Source of the DNA: Tubiluchus corallicola
Taxonomy: Eukaryota > Animalia > Priapulida
Reading direction: 5' to 3'
NCBI GenBank assembly: GCA_030141605.1
Contig: JAQGDQ010000120.1
Location: 434,001-498,000, forward strand
DNA: 64,000 nucleotides
In this document: positions 12,835-26,500 of the stretch, in pieces
Position numbering within the stretch: position 1 is the first letter of the stretch
Layout: each line of letters opens with the position of its first letter
Program-made: the position numbers and the translations under genes
The notes under the pieces: model-generated
Told to the model about the DNA's origin: nothing
Seen by the model: the letters and a program-made list of their open reading frames with translations, nothing else
Databases searched by the model: none

Positions 12835-13730
12835 GGGTCATGGTCGAAATTAACATCAGGTGTATTTTAGTAATCGCCTGCCGCTGTTGGTATACTGCTC
12901 ATGTGGTAGTTTCTGTTGGCGTGGTCTCAATGATCTTGATGATGATACAAAATCAAAATTTTCAGAATCTTAGTATTGTAAGACCCTCTTGACTTTCAAG
13001 ATTCTTCGACCCTTAATTTTAAATTACTGCTGTAGTGAAGTGATAGTAATAGTGAAATAAAATACAGTGTAACAGACTGACAATGAAGCACTTTACAAAG
13101 AAAACATACCTGTCCACTTAGCATTCAATGGGCTAAAAACTAGTACCAAGTGTACAAAAGGCTATGCACATCGGTACTATGTTTTTTTGGCACATGCTTT
13201 TCGACATATCCATTTTTGTCTCAAACTTTTGCTTCATGAATATTTAGACACACCATGAACATTTGACACGCATTTACTTTTGTATACTCGGACATTTTGG
13301 CAAACGGCATATTGGACACAGGTACCTTTCTTTGAACCTTTTTTTTCATTGTCAGCGTATGTTTTATCGTGACTTTATTTCAAATAAAGTATTTTTGTCC
13401 AAAAACTGTTGGGATTTATATTGGTATTTGTATGTCTAGCCACATTCGTAAGTAGCTTTTTTCTAGAGAACAAGTAAAAATAAAATTTGTCTATATATGC
13501 ATTAAATCTATTGTTTTTTAAAGCACAAGAAAGCTGACAAGAAATTTTATACCACTCACATACTGCCTTTTTGCATGCAGGGCTTGCGTTGGTAGCAACA
13601 ATGTATAAAACATGTAAATTTGAAATCCCGCGATGACCGGTAGGCTAAGTAATATTTAAATTACTTTATCTTGTCAATACATTGACATTTTTTGGTTAGT
13701 GAGTGGCGTACCGTGGAGAGTGAGCCAGCG

Positions 13731-13872
13731 ACATTTTACCAATTGGCACGAACATTTAAATTACGGTTTCTAGTTACATAAGTCTTTTCAGCAGGTAAGC
13801 GAAGTGCTAAGTAATATAGATTTGCATGGAAAGTTTTTTGCGACATAATTTAACGTTGCCTTTTCTTCCCCT
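13731..13872 (+). repeat. Copy 1 of a ~140-150 bp duplicated intronic cassette containing a 21-nt microexon-like unit (13774-13794)
   Basis: Aligns with 19889-20042 through ttttaccaattg..cgaacatt..tttctagttaca.aagtcttt..agcaggta..gtaatata..ttgc.ttttcttcccct. Confidence 0.8.
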
Positions 13873-16800
13873 GATTTGCGTTTGCGTAGGTGACGTCATG
13901 TAATGACGCCGTCGGAACAATCCTTTCAACGCGAGTACGATATATGCATAAAATTGCTGTGGAGTAATATAATTTTTAAGCCGATTTTTCTGAAACCTAC
14001 TTCAGGTACCCCTTTTCCTGTCTTTTAACTAGTGTGTATCTGTTGTTTCTTAGCTAATAATTAGGCACTAAACGCAAGGCAAGATAATACGTGTTTTAAA
14101 ATTTGAAAATTGAATTGAAAATGACTTGCCAAATATATATGCATATACAAATACGCTCACGTTTGAGTGGGTGTAGCTTTAATTAAAACGGTCCTGAAAC
14201 AAGCTGTTTGCCGCTGACTTGCTAAATCTGCATTATAGTGTGCTCCTTGGGAAGCCGTTTAAAATAGAGCGTTTTCCTAGTGCTTGTACATAGTCGCTGG
14301 GTCACTGACCTGGTTAGAGTGTTTAGATCAATGTCTACCGTCATAACACGCACACTTTTGCCCAAATACCCGCATGTGCGATTCAGCGGCTTCTTTTCTA
14401 GTACGTGTTGCGCGTATTATAATGCTTGCATTTCAATTATACAGGCCTGCGCCGGTACAATACGTGGCGGCAAAATGGGCTGACAAGTTTATGGAATTAT
14501 GATTATGATTACAATGCCACTCACTGTATACGTTGTACAGTAAATTACTTTCTCTTAATGGTGTGGTGTTTTCGTGAATGCTTAATGAATTGTTCATTTA
14601 AATTTTGTCGCCACCGACTATAGTTATGTTATGGGGATCGTAATTTTTATGTAAAGGTTTTTGAAAAAATATTAGAAATAGCCTGGGATTGCCGCCAAAA
14701 ATCTCAAAATGCTGTTTATCAAATGCTTGTACGGCTTTGGCTTTTAAAGGTATCCGTTATGTCGTAAATTGAATTTTTTTGAAGTTTGGCGTTTCGTAGT
14801 GCCATTGAATACTACGTTTTTATCTTCAAAATTCGATCAAATTTCAAAAACACATTTCAGTACAAATAGTTTTTTCAGCTGATAGGAGCGGATATACACT
14901 TTCGTGCAAGTCTCTAGCATTACGTTTTTTCTATTACGATAAAATATACAAGGCCTCTTAGGTTTTACAGGGACAGTGATAAATGATAACTGATATAGTG
15001 TTGTTATTGACTGTCATGCTTATATCAGACTTTCTCTAAAAATTTGTTAAGGTACTTCGATTTGTTATGTTATATTGGTATTTGTTAAGGTACACCAACT
15101 AACCATCAGTTTAGTCCGGGTTGCTCGGTTAAATATAAGCCTTTAGAAATAATTTTTAAGTGACGGGCAAAGTAATGGAAGTATTTCAATTTCGAGTCAG
15201 ATAAACATATTTCTGAAAAGTCCTTTGGTCTATTTGACTATTTCCCTAGCTGAGTTACAGTTGCTTGAATGTGCCTTGAAGTTTCCTCTCTAATCTTAAA
15301 CAGCAAGATGGCATATATGGCTTCTTTACTATAATGTAAGATTTTTAACACGATCGCTGTCTGTTTGGTTACTGTTATATGGTTTAATTTATTCTTTGTC
15401 CGGTTTTTATGGTGCAGTTTTTCAGAGGAAAATAATAATAATTGTGTGTTTAGTTACTACAAAGTAAGAAGTCGAACTGATGATTTACCGTTATTGAGTA
15501 ATAGTAACCCATTTTTACCAGTAATTTTTAAATAAATTTACTAATACGAATCCGTTAGCTGTTTGCTTGCTTCAACATCAAGTCAGTGTAAAAATAAAGT
15601 ACTCGACAACTATTGTCTGTCAGTTGCAATTCAGGTATTACAATTTATATTTTTTGTTGGTTTCTAAAAAAATTTTCTTTTATATTTTCATAGTGCTTTT
15701 TGGAATATTCGAGTTGCAGTATTCTGCAGATAACTGCAAATTGGTGAACTGTAAAGGCATAGTGTTGTGCACTTGGTGGTCGGATTTTGAGTTAGGTGGA
15801 GGTAAGTTTTTATTAGACTTTATTGAGCTGTATTAATCAACATTATTAAGTCGGGTGATCCAGTGTAGTTAAACAGATGCCATTCATTTCCATAAACTAC
15901 CTGTGGCTAGTTGACCATCTAACATTATCTTTGATGAAATCAGCAGATATTAGTTTTTTCACACCTTTGTTGAAATAAAGGACTGATACTGTGCACTGTA
16001 CACAGTGCGCTGTGTAAAATTGTTCTGATTAATAAATAGTTTTTATTTAGTGGTTATATTAGTAAAGTATTAAGTATTTTAAAAGCAGGGTTTTCAAAAG
16101 CAGTTAAACTATTTTGTACAATCAATAAAAATAGTCTTGAAGATTATTAATATGATTTTTACCTAAAGTGACAATTATTAAATTAGTTTCGATATGCCAA
16201 AAGTTCACTGAACCTTTCTGTGATTACAACCGATGTTTACTGGACCGGGGAAAAAAATTCAGCAATCCAAATTCTCAGTGCATTGTACAATGTATGCAAT
16301 GTTTTGGCTACTTTGTGTTCCATTTTTGTATAGGAGTAACCGTAACAATGATGAGTTTCGGGTCTCTATGCTGTGATAGCCAGTATTATGCTTATAAATG
16401 GAGTGCATTTCATAAAAGCAATTTAATCATTACTTATTAAGTGTAAAAAGAACTATTAAGACAGTAACACTGGACAGTAGGCATACTGTGGCATGTCACC
16501 AATTTAAGACCATCCTCAACTATAGTGCAGTGATTTTTTTAGGTTTTGTAAACATTTTTCTGTGTAAAAATAGATGTTTGAAGCTCATGACTTTGTAGAG
16601 GCAGTTAAAGCCAGAACATTGGAGCTCTGTTGATTTACTTGCCTTTGCAGATTATACAGATAAATGATTTTAGTCTTTAACGAAAACACTGAAAAGTTGT
16701 AGCAAAACAACTAAAAAATGTAACTACCAACAGCTTTTTGAATAAATTCATTGTGGCCATTCGTCATCAGGTTCTTTTTCAGTCTGTCTACAGCTAACTA

Positions 16801-17119
16801 TTGTAATAGCAAATTATTTTCGAAATCTCAACAGTTTTTAATATCGTAATTAGTACAGGTCATTAGTATAGTAGAAAATAGTAATTTTTATAGGTTTGAT
16901 GGGGAATAATTGATAGGTTTGATAGGCATGATTTACAAAGGAAATAATTGAATAAATTATATAGTATTCACAATTGTGCATTTGAAGGGATTTTATGTCA
17001 AATGCAGTTAACTGTTAATAGTCTGATTTTTTTAGCAATCTTATATTGTTGTACTAAGAAAAATAGAAAAAATGTTTAGATATCTAAATCTCAGAGTAAA
17101 CAACAATGTCAACGGGGCG

Positions 17120-18380
17120 ATGTAAAACTTTATCACTAGATGCATTTATTTCCAAAATTTTAACAGAATGTGTTGGCTGCATTTTTTGACATTGTCGGGT
17201 GCCTAAAATTAAAAAGTCAACAATATTAACCAAAATTATTAACTCGTGGCATAGGTTAAAGATCAACCAATCTCATTCCACCATTAAATTCATCTCTTTG
17301 AGACCTTTCATTTGATATGCTACAAGCTTGTTTCAGTAAACACTGGAAGGCATTTGTCTCCTACTTCTTGACCTCTATTTTACCCCTAGCGGGGTCCAGG
17401 GATCAAGCAATCTCGGCGTAATCATTCAATTTTTTTCACTGAGACCTTTCATTTGATGTACTACAAGTCACCTTTCTTGAAGATTGGAAAGATATCTGTC
17501 CCACCCATTTTCAGTTTTTGGCCGTAGCTGCGTAGCAGAAAAAATTTTCATTATCCAAATTGTCCCATATTCAGCCATGCATAAGAACCTGGGCCCATCT
17601 AGTCACATACCAAAAATTGTTTCTATAGCTCAAAAGCTGTAGGAGAAGATGGAGCCTAATAAAATCTACTGTCCTTGCCCTTTCCCATAAGGTCATTATT
17701 ACGTATTCCGTCTGAGCCCATGTCCTAGGTACCGTCACTGCAAATTTCGTACTTCAGCTTGTTTACTTTTACAGTTATTGACAAAATTTACTACTTTAAC
17801 ACTTGGTCATGTTGCGTGACCTGGCCCACACCAACTTTATTATAAATACATAGTGCACATAGTTTCCTTGGCTACCCATACATGTATGCAAAAACATAGA
17901 CTCCTAATCTAATACTGTGAGCGAAGCCGAGTGACAAAGTTATTTGCACTTTCACATTTTGGCTTTTTTCGCTGTGACTTTTGACCCAGAGGTCACCTTT
18001 CTTATACCATTCTCTGGGTACCCATTTCAGATGTCTGCCCTGCCAGTTTCGTGATTCCAGTTCATATGCTTATGAAGTTATTGACATGACCCAATTTGTT
18101 GATTTTGGCTCATGGCCCTTAAAGAATATCAGCTTTTTGAAACCCCCGTGTACATCTACCCCATAATAACTAAATTGAAAAAAAATTAAAAAGTAATTAT
18201 GAAGGAGGAGATGTGGAGTAATGGAAAAACGGAATGATGCCCTGTTTTTATTGGCCAGTGCCCCTGATCCTTGACCTGGTTAAAGTGAAGTCAGAGATCG
18301 CCATGCTGCTGCTGTTCCTTGCGCCTACAATGTGAGTTTTTGACTCTAGCTTGCGAGACTAGCGAAAGTTATTCAACAAA
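17120..18380. mobile_element. Decayed non-autonomous repeat, family not identified (possibly Helentron/HINE-related)
   Basis: Internal ~28-bp duplication tgagacctttcatttgat..ctacaag (~17299 and ~17441). Recurrent modules tgaccy / agtttcgtgattccag / aagttattgaca. A related reverse-oriented motif lies at ~34030-34065. Confidence 0.35.
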
Positions 18381-18869
18381 ATATGTTTATGGATCAATAG
18401 TAGGCCTAATTAGAAAGAAAAAACTGTATGACAATCAAGAAGATTTGCAAAATCTTAATATTTAATTCAGTGAACGCTGATCACCGGCTGATAAAACAAA
18501 CTAGACCACTTAAACCATACTATCCAAACAGTTTCCATAAATTAAATCCAAGCTAACTATAACGGTATTTCCTTACAACATGGAAGGGTTATATATGGTA
18601 AAAATATGTATTAGTCTACATTTTCACAACCATCGATTTCTCCATTTTCGACTTTGTGCTTCATATTCTGTGTAAGGAGATACCTGTTCACATTAATAGT
18701 TTTAGTTAATGTTGTTAACATTTATATTTTTAGGCACTGGATACCGGCAGAACAAGCTGCCAAAACGTTGTGTTCGAGTTCTAGAAATAAGTGTATTTGC
18801 TGATGAAGTTTTATATTGCTTCCTTAACGCTGTTACCATCCACTCACTTTCATTTTCAGTCATTACACA

Positions 18870-19119
18870 CCGGGTGGCGTAATTCAATGTTACTATGCTC
18901 GCCTCCTACCAGGAAGGTCGTGGGTTCAACTCCTGGCCGGGTCATACCTAAGACTTAAAAAGTGGTACCGTTAGTTGTTCAGTCAAGCAGGCAGATTTAT
19001 TGAAGTAATTTGCGGTTAATAATAATCGGGACCACCTTGGAAATAAATATTGAGTTACTTAAAATGTTATCCCTGGATTTTGTTCTAAATGAAATTTTTT
19101 ATTATTATTATTATTATTA
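18870..19119 (+). mobile_element. tRNA-derived SINE
   Basis: A-box-like tggcgtaat (18875), B box ggttcaactcc (18923-18933), core ccgggtcatacctaagacttaaaaagtggtacc, LINE-like tail ending in (ATT)n at 19101-19119. Confidence 0.75.
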
Positions 19120-19888
19120 GAACCATTATAAATAGTTCAAATAGTTATTAAGCGTAGTCACGCAGTTGTGCGGTTATACATTTGCTAAGTGTGCTTGGCA
19201 GATTCACGTTTATTATACTGTAATGAAAAAAGAAAAAAAACTCGAAGATCAGCTCATATAATAGCTAAATATTTTGCCGTTTTTGTTATTCAAGTCACAA
19301 ACAAACCCTTTAATAAGTCACACTTAAATAAAGCTAAATAATTCGTCTTCAGATTTTGGATCAACTAAATACTGTCTTGTTGCGCACAAAGCTTATACTG
19401 TATTAGCAACAACGTTGTATGAAACTTGAAAAGTTGAACTCCTGTGATGACTGTTAGGCCCAGCTATTTTGACGATAAATAGTTTGAAACAAGTTTAGAT
19501 AACATTGCGTAAAGTTTGAAAAAATAATCAGTGCATTCGTAGTGTACACTTCACTAACTTTGCAAATGTAAATTACTGTATCTTGTTAACAAGGTTAAAA
19601 ATACCGTTTTGGTGAGTAAGTGGGGTACACTGGGAAGGTGAGTCAGTGACATAGATAGATAAAATCTTTGTTTGCCAATTAAAAACTTGCGTATGCAAAG
19701 TAAAAGTAGACTGCACACGGCCTACACAGGAGGCAGCATGCTATTCAATTACAACATGTGCCACTGACTGAATATTGGCAATAGCGCGTCATGTGCAACT
19801 AATATTTCGAAAAACTGAACTATAATAACTATAAAATTACTGGAAACTAATAATCTATGACACACAAGGGCTTATTTACAAAATTTAC

Positions 19889-20042
19889 ATATTTTACCAA
19901 TTGACGCGAACATTATAAAGTTACTAAGAATTTTCTTTTCTAGTTACACAAGTCTTTCAAGCAGGTAGGGGTAATACTATGTAATATAACTTTGTGAGGA
20001 ATGTTTTCTGGGATATACTTTGAAATTGCTTTTTCTTCCCCT
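19889..20042 (+). repeat. Copy 2 of the duplicated cassette, with 21-nt microexon-like unit at 19944-19964
   Basis: tactaag branch-like motif, ttttcttttctag acceptor, TTACACAAGTCTTTCAAGCAG, |gtaggg donor. Paralogous to 13731-13872. Confidence 0.8.
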
Positions 20043-23000
20043 TTAATTCTAATTATAAACAAAAAGAAAAATGTGTTTGTGCAAAAAGAGTATTTATGAA
20101 TATTGTATTTTTCTTTCTGCTAGCTGGCATTTTGAGACGCCAGTTTCTCTTATTTACATTGAAAGATAACTGCAATTTTTCATTATTACTCGTAGTTCCA
20201 ACTTTGACGTTTCTTTTGTTAGACAAGTCATAAGAGTGCGGGAAAGATCGCTAGCGTGTTATTTAAATGGTACTTGAATATGAGTGAATACAAGTGACGC
20301 TCCCAGTAGCATGACATGGCATTTTCAATTTAGCCATTGTAGGAGCAGCTCCAGTATCTCTAGCACGGGTGGCGTGAAAATAATTCGTGTTAAATCTACA
20401 CCTGTACAAAGTTAATTTTTGTTCTTTACGGGAAACAGGACAGTAACTGTTTAAGTAGTGAGGCTCATAGCGAAACCGGCGAAGTAGCTGCCTTAGATAC
20501 GCCCTGTTTGGGTGGCATTCCTTGCAAGAAACGAGGCAGATAATGAGCTTGTCTGACTGCTTTGCCGGTTTTTATTACCTGAACGGCGAAATATATCGCT
20601 GTTGTAGTATTATAACCGTTGGGAGTTGTACCAATCAATCTATCTTTAAAAGCGGGAACTTTTGTGTAAACTTTTTTATGTAATTAGTCGAGCCATGGAT
20701 TCCCAAATGTTTTTCTACAAAATAATTAACATGTATAGCATTCTAGCACTTTGGAGAATTACACATATTGAGGTACTTGTGAAATACAAACATTTGATGA
20801 CAGCAATACAAGTTTCTGCGATATTGTCAAGGTCCTCAAAAGGATAATCTGGGGCGACACACTGAACCTAAAGAGGCGTTCACATTAGAATGTGTACACG
20901 TACCCTTAACGAGGTACATAGTCGGCGGCATTATAGCCTAGAATCAGTGTTTCTAGTGACCATCTATCCACTTACTGACCAGTGTTGGAGTTCTTTAAGT
21001 TCGGTTGCCAACTCTTATTGGACACCATTGCTATCCATTATTGTCCATCTAGTTTGAAGCTATAAATTCCACTACTGTAATTATGCTCTTTAGGTTGCTC
21101 ACCCCCTGGCTGACCCAGTGAGTAGGTAAGCTGCGTAATGAGAAGCTTATGAACCGTCGAATAAGTCGTCATTTTTCTAACATTTAAAGGAATTAATTGA
21201 AGAGCGTCACCCGATTTTTTTAAAACAGAATCATAGTTTAAGACTGTGTTGCGATATCAACTTTGGAAACCTGACAGCAGTTGTACAGGTATGTAATTGC
21301 TTAACTTAGCAATAATACACGTGTGTTGTCATGTCTCTGTGTACGTCATACAATGAAACTATCAAAAGTTTACAGGGCCGAAATGAGCAATTATTATTTA
21401 ACACAATACTTTTTATAGCCAATGCTCAGTACCCAAGAATATCAGAAAACATTTTCAGTTTTGTCACTTTTGTGGTTTGTATTGTCTTCATTTTTATTTG
21501 CGGACTTGGAGCTAATTGAGTAATTCGCCCTGTCCGATGTGTTCTAGTTTTTAGTGAAGCGCGATGATTAGTACTTGCAAATTTGCATTTAAATGAAGTA
21601 ACATTGTACGCAGCTTCACGTGCGGCTGACTGTGTGACGTTGTGTGAAGAAGTCCTTGAAATCGTTAAAGATGCTACACGGGTTTCTCTACAGCCATTCT
21701 GTTGCGCTGCTGCTGAGCATAGGCTTCATCGAAGCAGAATTGTAAGAGCATTGCTTGTAAGGTGCTGACATCTGAATCAGCGCAAGAATTGCCATGACAA
21801 CCGCATGTTCTGTTTAACAAACAGGTAGATGCATGAAATACCGACGCATATCACACAAACAACGATGATTTAAAGCACTAACAAAAAGCCTGCTTGCTCA
21901 CTTTTATTTTTAAAAACAAAATTATTACATTGGGTCCGGACAAGTATTGTTTTATCTACGTGAAATTTTTCTTTCTTGAGATATCTGCAGGACATAATTA
22001 GATATTTCAATTTAAAAAGAAGAACACTACTTTCAAAAACAAATTCGTATACTAGAAAAACTACTAACCAACTTATATGTGGCTTAGTACCACAAATTTC
22101 GTAATTCGTTATTAAAAATACGTTATCACTTTTTTGTGAGCTACGGAATATGGACTACCTAATTTCATATGTTCGTTATAGCTACAAATTTAATGCGTGA
22201 TCAATGCAAAACTCGTCAATAAACCCCGAGTTAAATCAAAAAGTAGTCACGGATTTAGTCAAGCGAAGGTCTAACTCTAAAACCTCGGAAAATATTTTTA
22301 ATTATTTAGTGATGTTTGTAAGGTTTTTAATAAAATGAACGATGTTCTCGTACTGGAATTGGCTCTCTGTAGTACAATAAATAATGTTGAATATTGTATA
22401 CATATTTTATATTTTTAATCATTGTACTACTCGCAGAATATAAGCATACTACCTAGCACTTGCCCATAATTTTCTGTGAAACAGGCTTTGTACCTGCCAC
22501 AGTATTTTTGTAGTGAGCCGACGAAATTTTTCTAGCCTTGGGTAATGTCTTTGAACTTCGTCATGTGACATTTTCTGTGCCATAACCTCGTAATATAACA
22601 TAGTTAACATAGTTACGGTATTTTGTGTTATTACAAACTTCTTTGCGTGCGTTGGAAATATTTGCGAATCACAAATTGAAAAGGAACGTTGAGCAGTTTG
22701 ACAAGATTAGAATTAAGTTCATACTTACTATGATATAATATAAATAATAATCATGCACAAAATTTTTAGTAAGTCTAATTATCTGCACTTGTTAGTGTAG
22801 ACTGTAAGTCATATTGATGCTTGAATTGTGTTTACAGTATCGTATTAGAACTTCCAGATATGAGCCGTTTCTAGAAAGTAATACATCTTCACATATATGT
22901 ATCAGAAGATTGTCTTTAATGCTAGCAATAGGTATGTTACACATGGACGTCTTTTCTAAAGCTTATTACTTAGTAAATGGCTAATTCAGAACTTGTTGCT

Positions 23001-23507
23001 TGAGCATATTAATCTTGGGGGCTGAGACACTAAACTTTTGTACGTAATTGGAGTAACGTTGGAAAATGTTAGTTTTGTATAGTTGGGTGTTCAGTAGGTT
23101 TTTTGTGTTAGGTAGAAATTTTAATTCACAGCCCATCAGAACATCGGGTATATGTTCTCATACACTGATTTACAGTTTGGAGGCCATTCTGGCCACCAGC
23201 ATCGCAAAAATGAACCTGATACTGGCGGCGAAGGAAAAGCGGCTTCTTCGTTCTAGCTGCTGGCTGCATGGGCAGGGTTTTATTCTTTCCTAATCATCAT
23301 TGTATATTTTTGAAGTCAGATGACAGACACTTATTGTAATATGTTATTACCGTATTGGTTTTGCTCTGAGAATGCATTTTAACCCGTAGTTAAGAACTGT
23401 TGCTGCGTTATCTGTCTATGTTCAATGTTTTATAATTGCAAATTTAATATTGTATATGATTGAGCCATGTACCGCGTCCATTTTGTTAGCTTGTAGCAAC
23501 ATTTCTG

Positions 23508-23509
<2 letters not shown>

Positions 23510-23555
<46 letters not shown>
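23510..23555. repeat. (TTA)n microsatellite
   Basis: About 14 tandem TTA units. Confidence 0.95.
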
Positions 23556-26500
23556 GTAAAAAGACTAAAAAGTATAAAATAATAATAATTATTATTATAT
23601 ACTAGCGCAAATAACTGCACAAAAAAATTAGTGCCCTAGAATTGTATGCACTAGTTAATTAGGTAACTTGTTTTGTTTAAATTAAAAATGGCATCTTTGC
23701 TTTGTGAAGGGGCATCTTTTTTTGGATAACTGACTGCATAATAGTGGCTGTTGCGATTGAGCGGCTTGATGGAGTGCAAAGTATTTATAAGTGACCGTTC
23801 AACGTTTGAATGTTGGAACAATCTGGCTGTGTATTTAAAATAACGTCACGATAGATAAAAGCAACAGTGAGTTGATCATGATTAACCATACATACAAAAT
23901 TTATGGAGATTCGTAGACTACGAATGGTGTTGTTGATAATTTATTTACACAGACTAGCAAAGGTAAAGCGCTAAGGTGCAAAGTCTCACAACGCCTGCAT
24001 TGATCATCATTGTAACCAGGTTTAGCATGTAAATATTTTATGAACCGCTGTGGATGCTGTTATATATCTCTAATTAAGACGTTGTTTGATAGGTTTTTAA
24101 TGGATCTTCTGTTTCAAGCAGGCTGTTAATTTATGCTTTGAGGTGTGATCTTGCTCCTACACATTTAATATAGGTGGATGCTAACACTTTAGCTTTATCA
24201 AGATTTTCTCGCGTGGACGGTATGAGGCATCCCACACATATTTTTCAACAATATCATCATTTTCATTTTGTAAAGATGCGGGTTAAATTGCTGACTGACA
24301 GTCACTGACTCACTAGCAGACAGAAATTAATCCTTGTCGCTACTATTTCTTCGTCTGCATGCGAGCAAGTTTTGCTTGCTAGATGCGAAGGCATTTCCTC
24401 CCTGCTCAGTACGCACAAACAGCATGCGCCTCGGCCTCACAGGAGCGTATAGCTTTCAGCTGTGTTTAATTTTATCTCGCTGTGGCGAGGCATAGTCACG
24501 TGCGACCTGTTAGAGTGCATCTAGTGCTGCTGCTATACAGTGGCAGAGCAGCAGATTAATAGTTATCTGGCGTGTAATGCGCATTGCTGTCTGGTCAGGT
24601 ATATCAGGCAATGACGTCTTCTGTATAGAATGCTAGCGGCGGATGTACACAACTCGTTTGTTAGTGTGTCTTGCAGTGGTCGTACAGGTTTACTGAGCGT
24701 CGGTGCTACTGTATCATCCAGTTGTTGAAGGAGAAACGGCTGCATATAACGCTTTCACTCCCCAACAATAATTGATCACATTCTGTGGAGTGGGCAGATT
24801 TGCGTTGAAGGTGACTCGAGTCTACTGGCAAACAAGTGTTTAGCTGCTGTTTGTTTTGAATTTCGCACGAGTTGAAATTGTTCGGTCGTTCGCGGTCGTC
24901 AGTTGTGTTTCTCGAATTTCATAACTCAAGATTTTCTGACTAGTGTTTTAGTGGCGATAGAAATATGTAAACAGTGTATTGACGGTAGCGCATTGGTAAC
25001 AACAGTTCCCGTGTCATCTTATGGATTAAATGCGTGGAAGCTGGGGGTTTGCATTATCTGCAACATCTGTGCGAATGTAATCAAAATATCATCAACTGGC
25101 CAAGCAATTACACAGTGGTGTAATGATATTCCTGTGAGTCATAACTGGTCTGCACCATTTATCGCCAGCTGCACCGCATCGTTACATAACATTGTAACAC
25201 ATTTATCGCTGTGATATCATGACAAACCTTGTGACTAGCAAGACGGCGTGACAGCTTTTATAAATCTTCGCTGATATCAAAACATCGTGTAACATTTGTT
25301 GCGGTAATTTACAAATCAATATTAATGCTTGATTTTATACACATCGTCTAAGTACATTATACAACTAGTGTCAGACTACGTATACAGTGGAAAAGGCATC
25401 AATTTACGAGGTGAATCTATTCTTTCGAGGGCTTCTCTCAGTCTTTGTATATTCATTTTATGTACAATGTTCTCCTTAAAGGTAGCCGAAAATTTCGATG
25501 AAAAATATATTTTAGAACAGCAGAAAGCAAAGCTCCAGCTGGTAGAAACACTCAGTTTCTGACAAGCGTAGAGCATTTTGGGGGACGCTTTTTACCCCAT
25601 GGTGCTACTGTTCAAGACGTATGACTGTCATACTATTATGGAGGTGGATCAATTGCTAGCAAATAGTGTTGAGTGGCAAAGGCAACGACAACAACATTTA
25701 ATTAATATGCAAAAATTAGGACTAAAGCGTAAGTATAAGAATTGTTGAATTTAGTTGTATTAGAGTTTAGTGTATTAGTTTCTAAAATCGGTGAATTGCT
25801 TGCAACCGTGTTCACTGTCCATTTCGCATACACCAACTATCGTTGTCTGAAATCCATTGAAGTCTTTTTGGATTTGTGATGGAGGTACGTCCTTCATTTG
25901 TTATGGCTCTTCTGGCAGAAGAAAATTGAAAAATTTCGTCAAAACTCAAAAGTAGCAGATGGGTGGACATATCTGTGTATACGCATTATAGGTTGTAATA
26001 TTTGTGTGTCACATTCATTGGTGTGATAAATTGTGATCTATCGCTTTTGTCTACACAAAGTTTTTCTTACATGTATTAGATCGTTTCACATAAGTAAGTA
26101 GTGGTCTCGTCTTTGTATAACATTTACATGGTTGTTTTGATTATAGCAGCTAACCAACTACTTCATAAAGCCAATATTAACTACTCGGGGAGGAAGAGAG
26201 TAATAAGGAATTTTAAAATAACCATTGTTAAACAGAACTTCATTCTTGTCTAACAGCATGTTCATTCAAGTTCATTCAGTAATTAGATTTTATACTTCAT
26301 ACAGGGAACATTATGGCATCCGCAGTGAATGTGTGTGTTTAATTCAGTGAAGTATATTTGAGGGTAAAATGTCATTGGCCTGTAATTCTGTGCAAATGAT
26401 CCGAATCTTAATGCTTTTTTTTTTTTTACAAAACCTGACCTTTATAATTTGATTATTTAATATAAAATTTCTTTCAAATCATACTCAAAATTTTCCAGTT

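Noticed and set aside
18870-18945. tRNA gene
   Set aside because: Has a B box but no intact cloverleaf or acceptor stem, and continues into a SINE core and tail.
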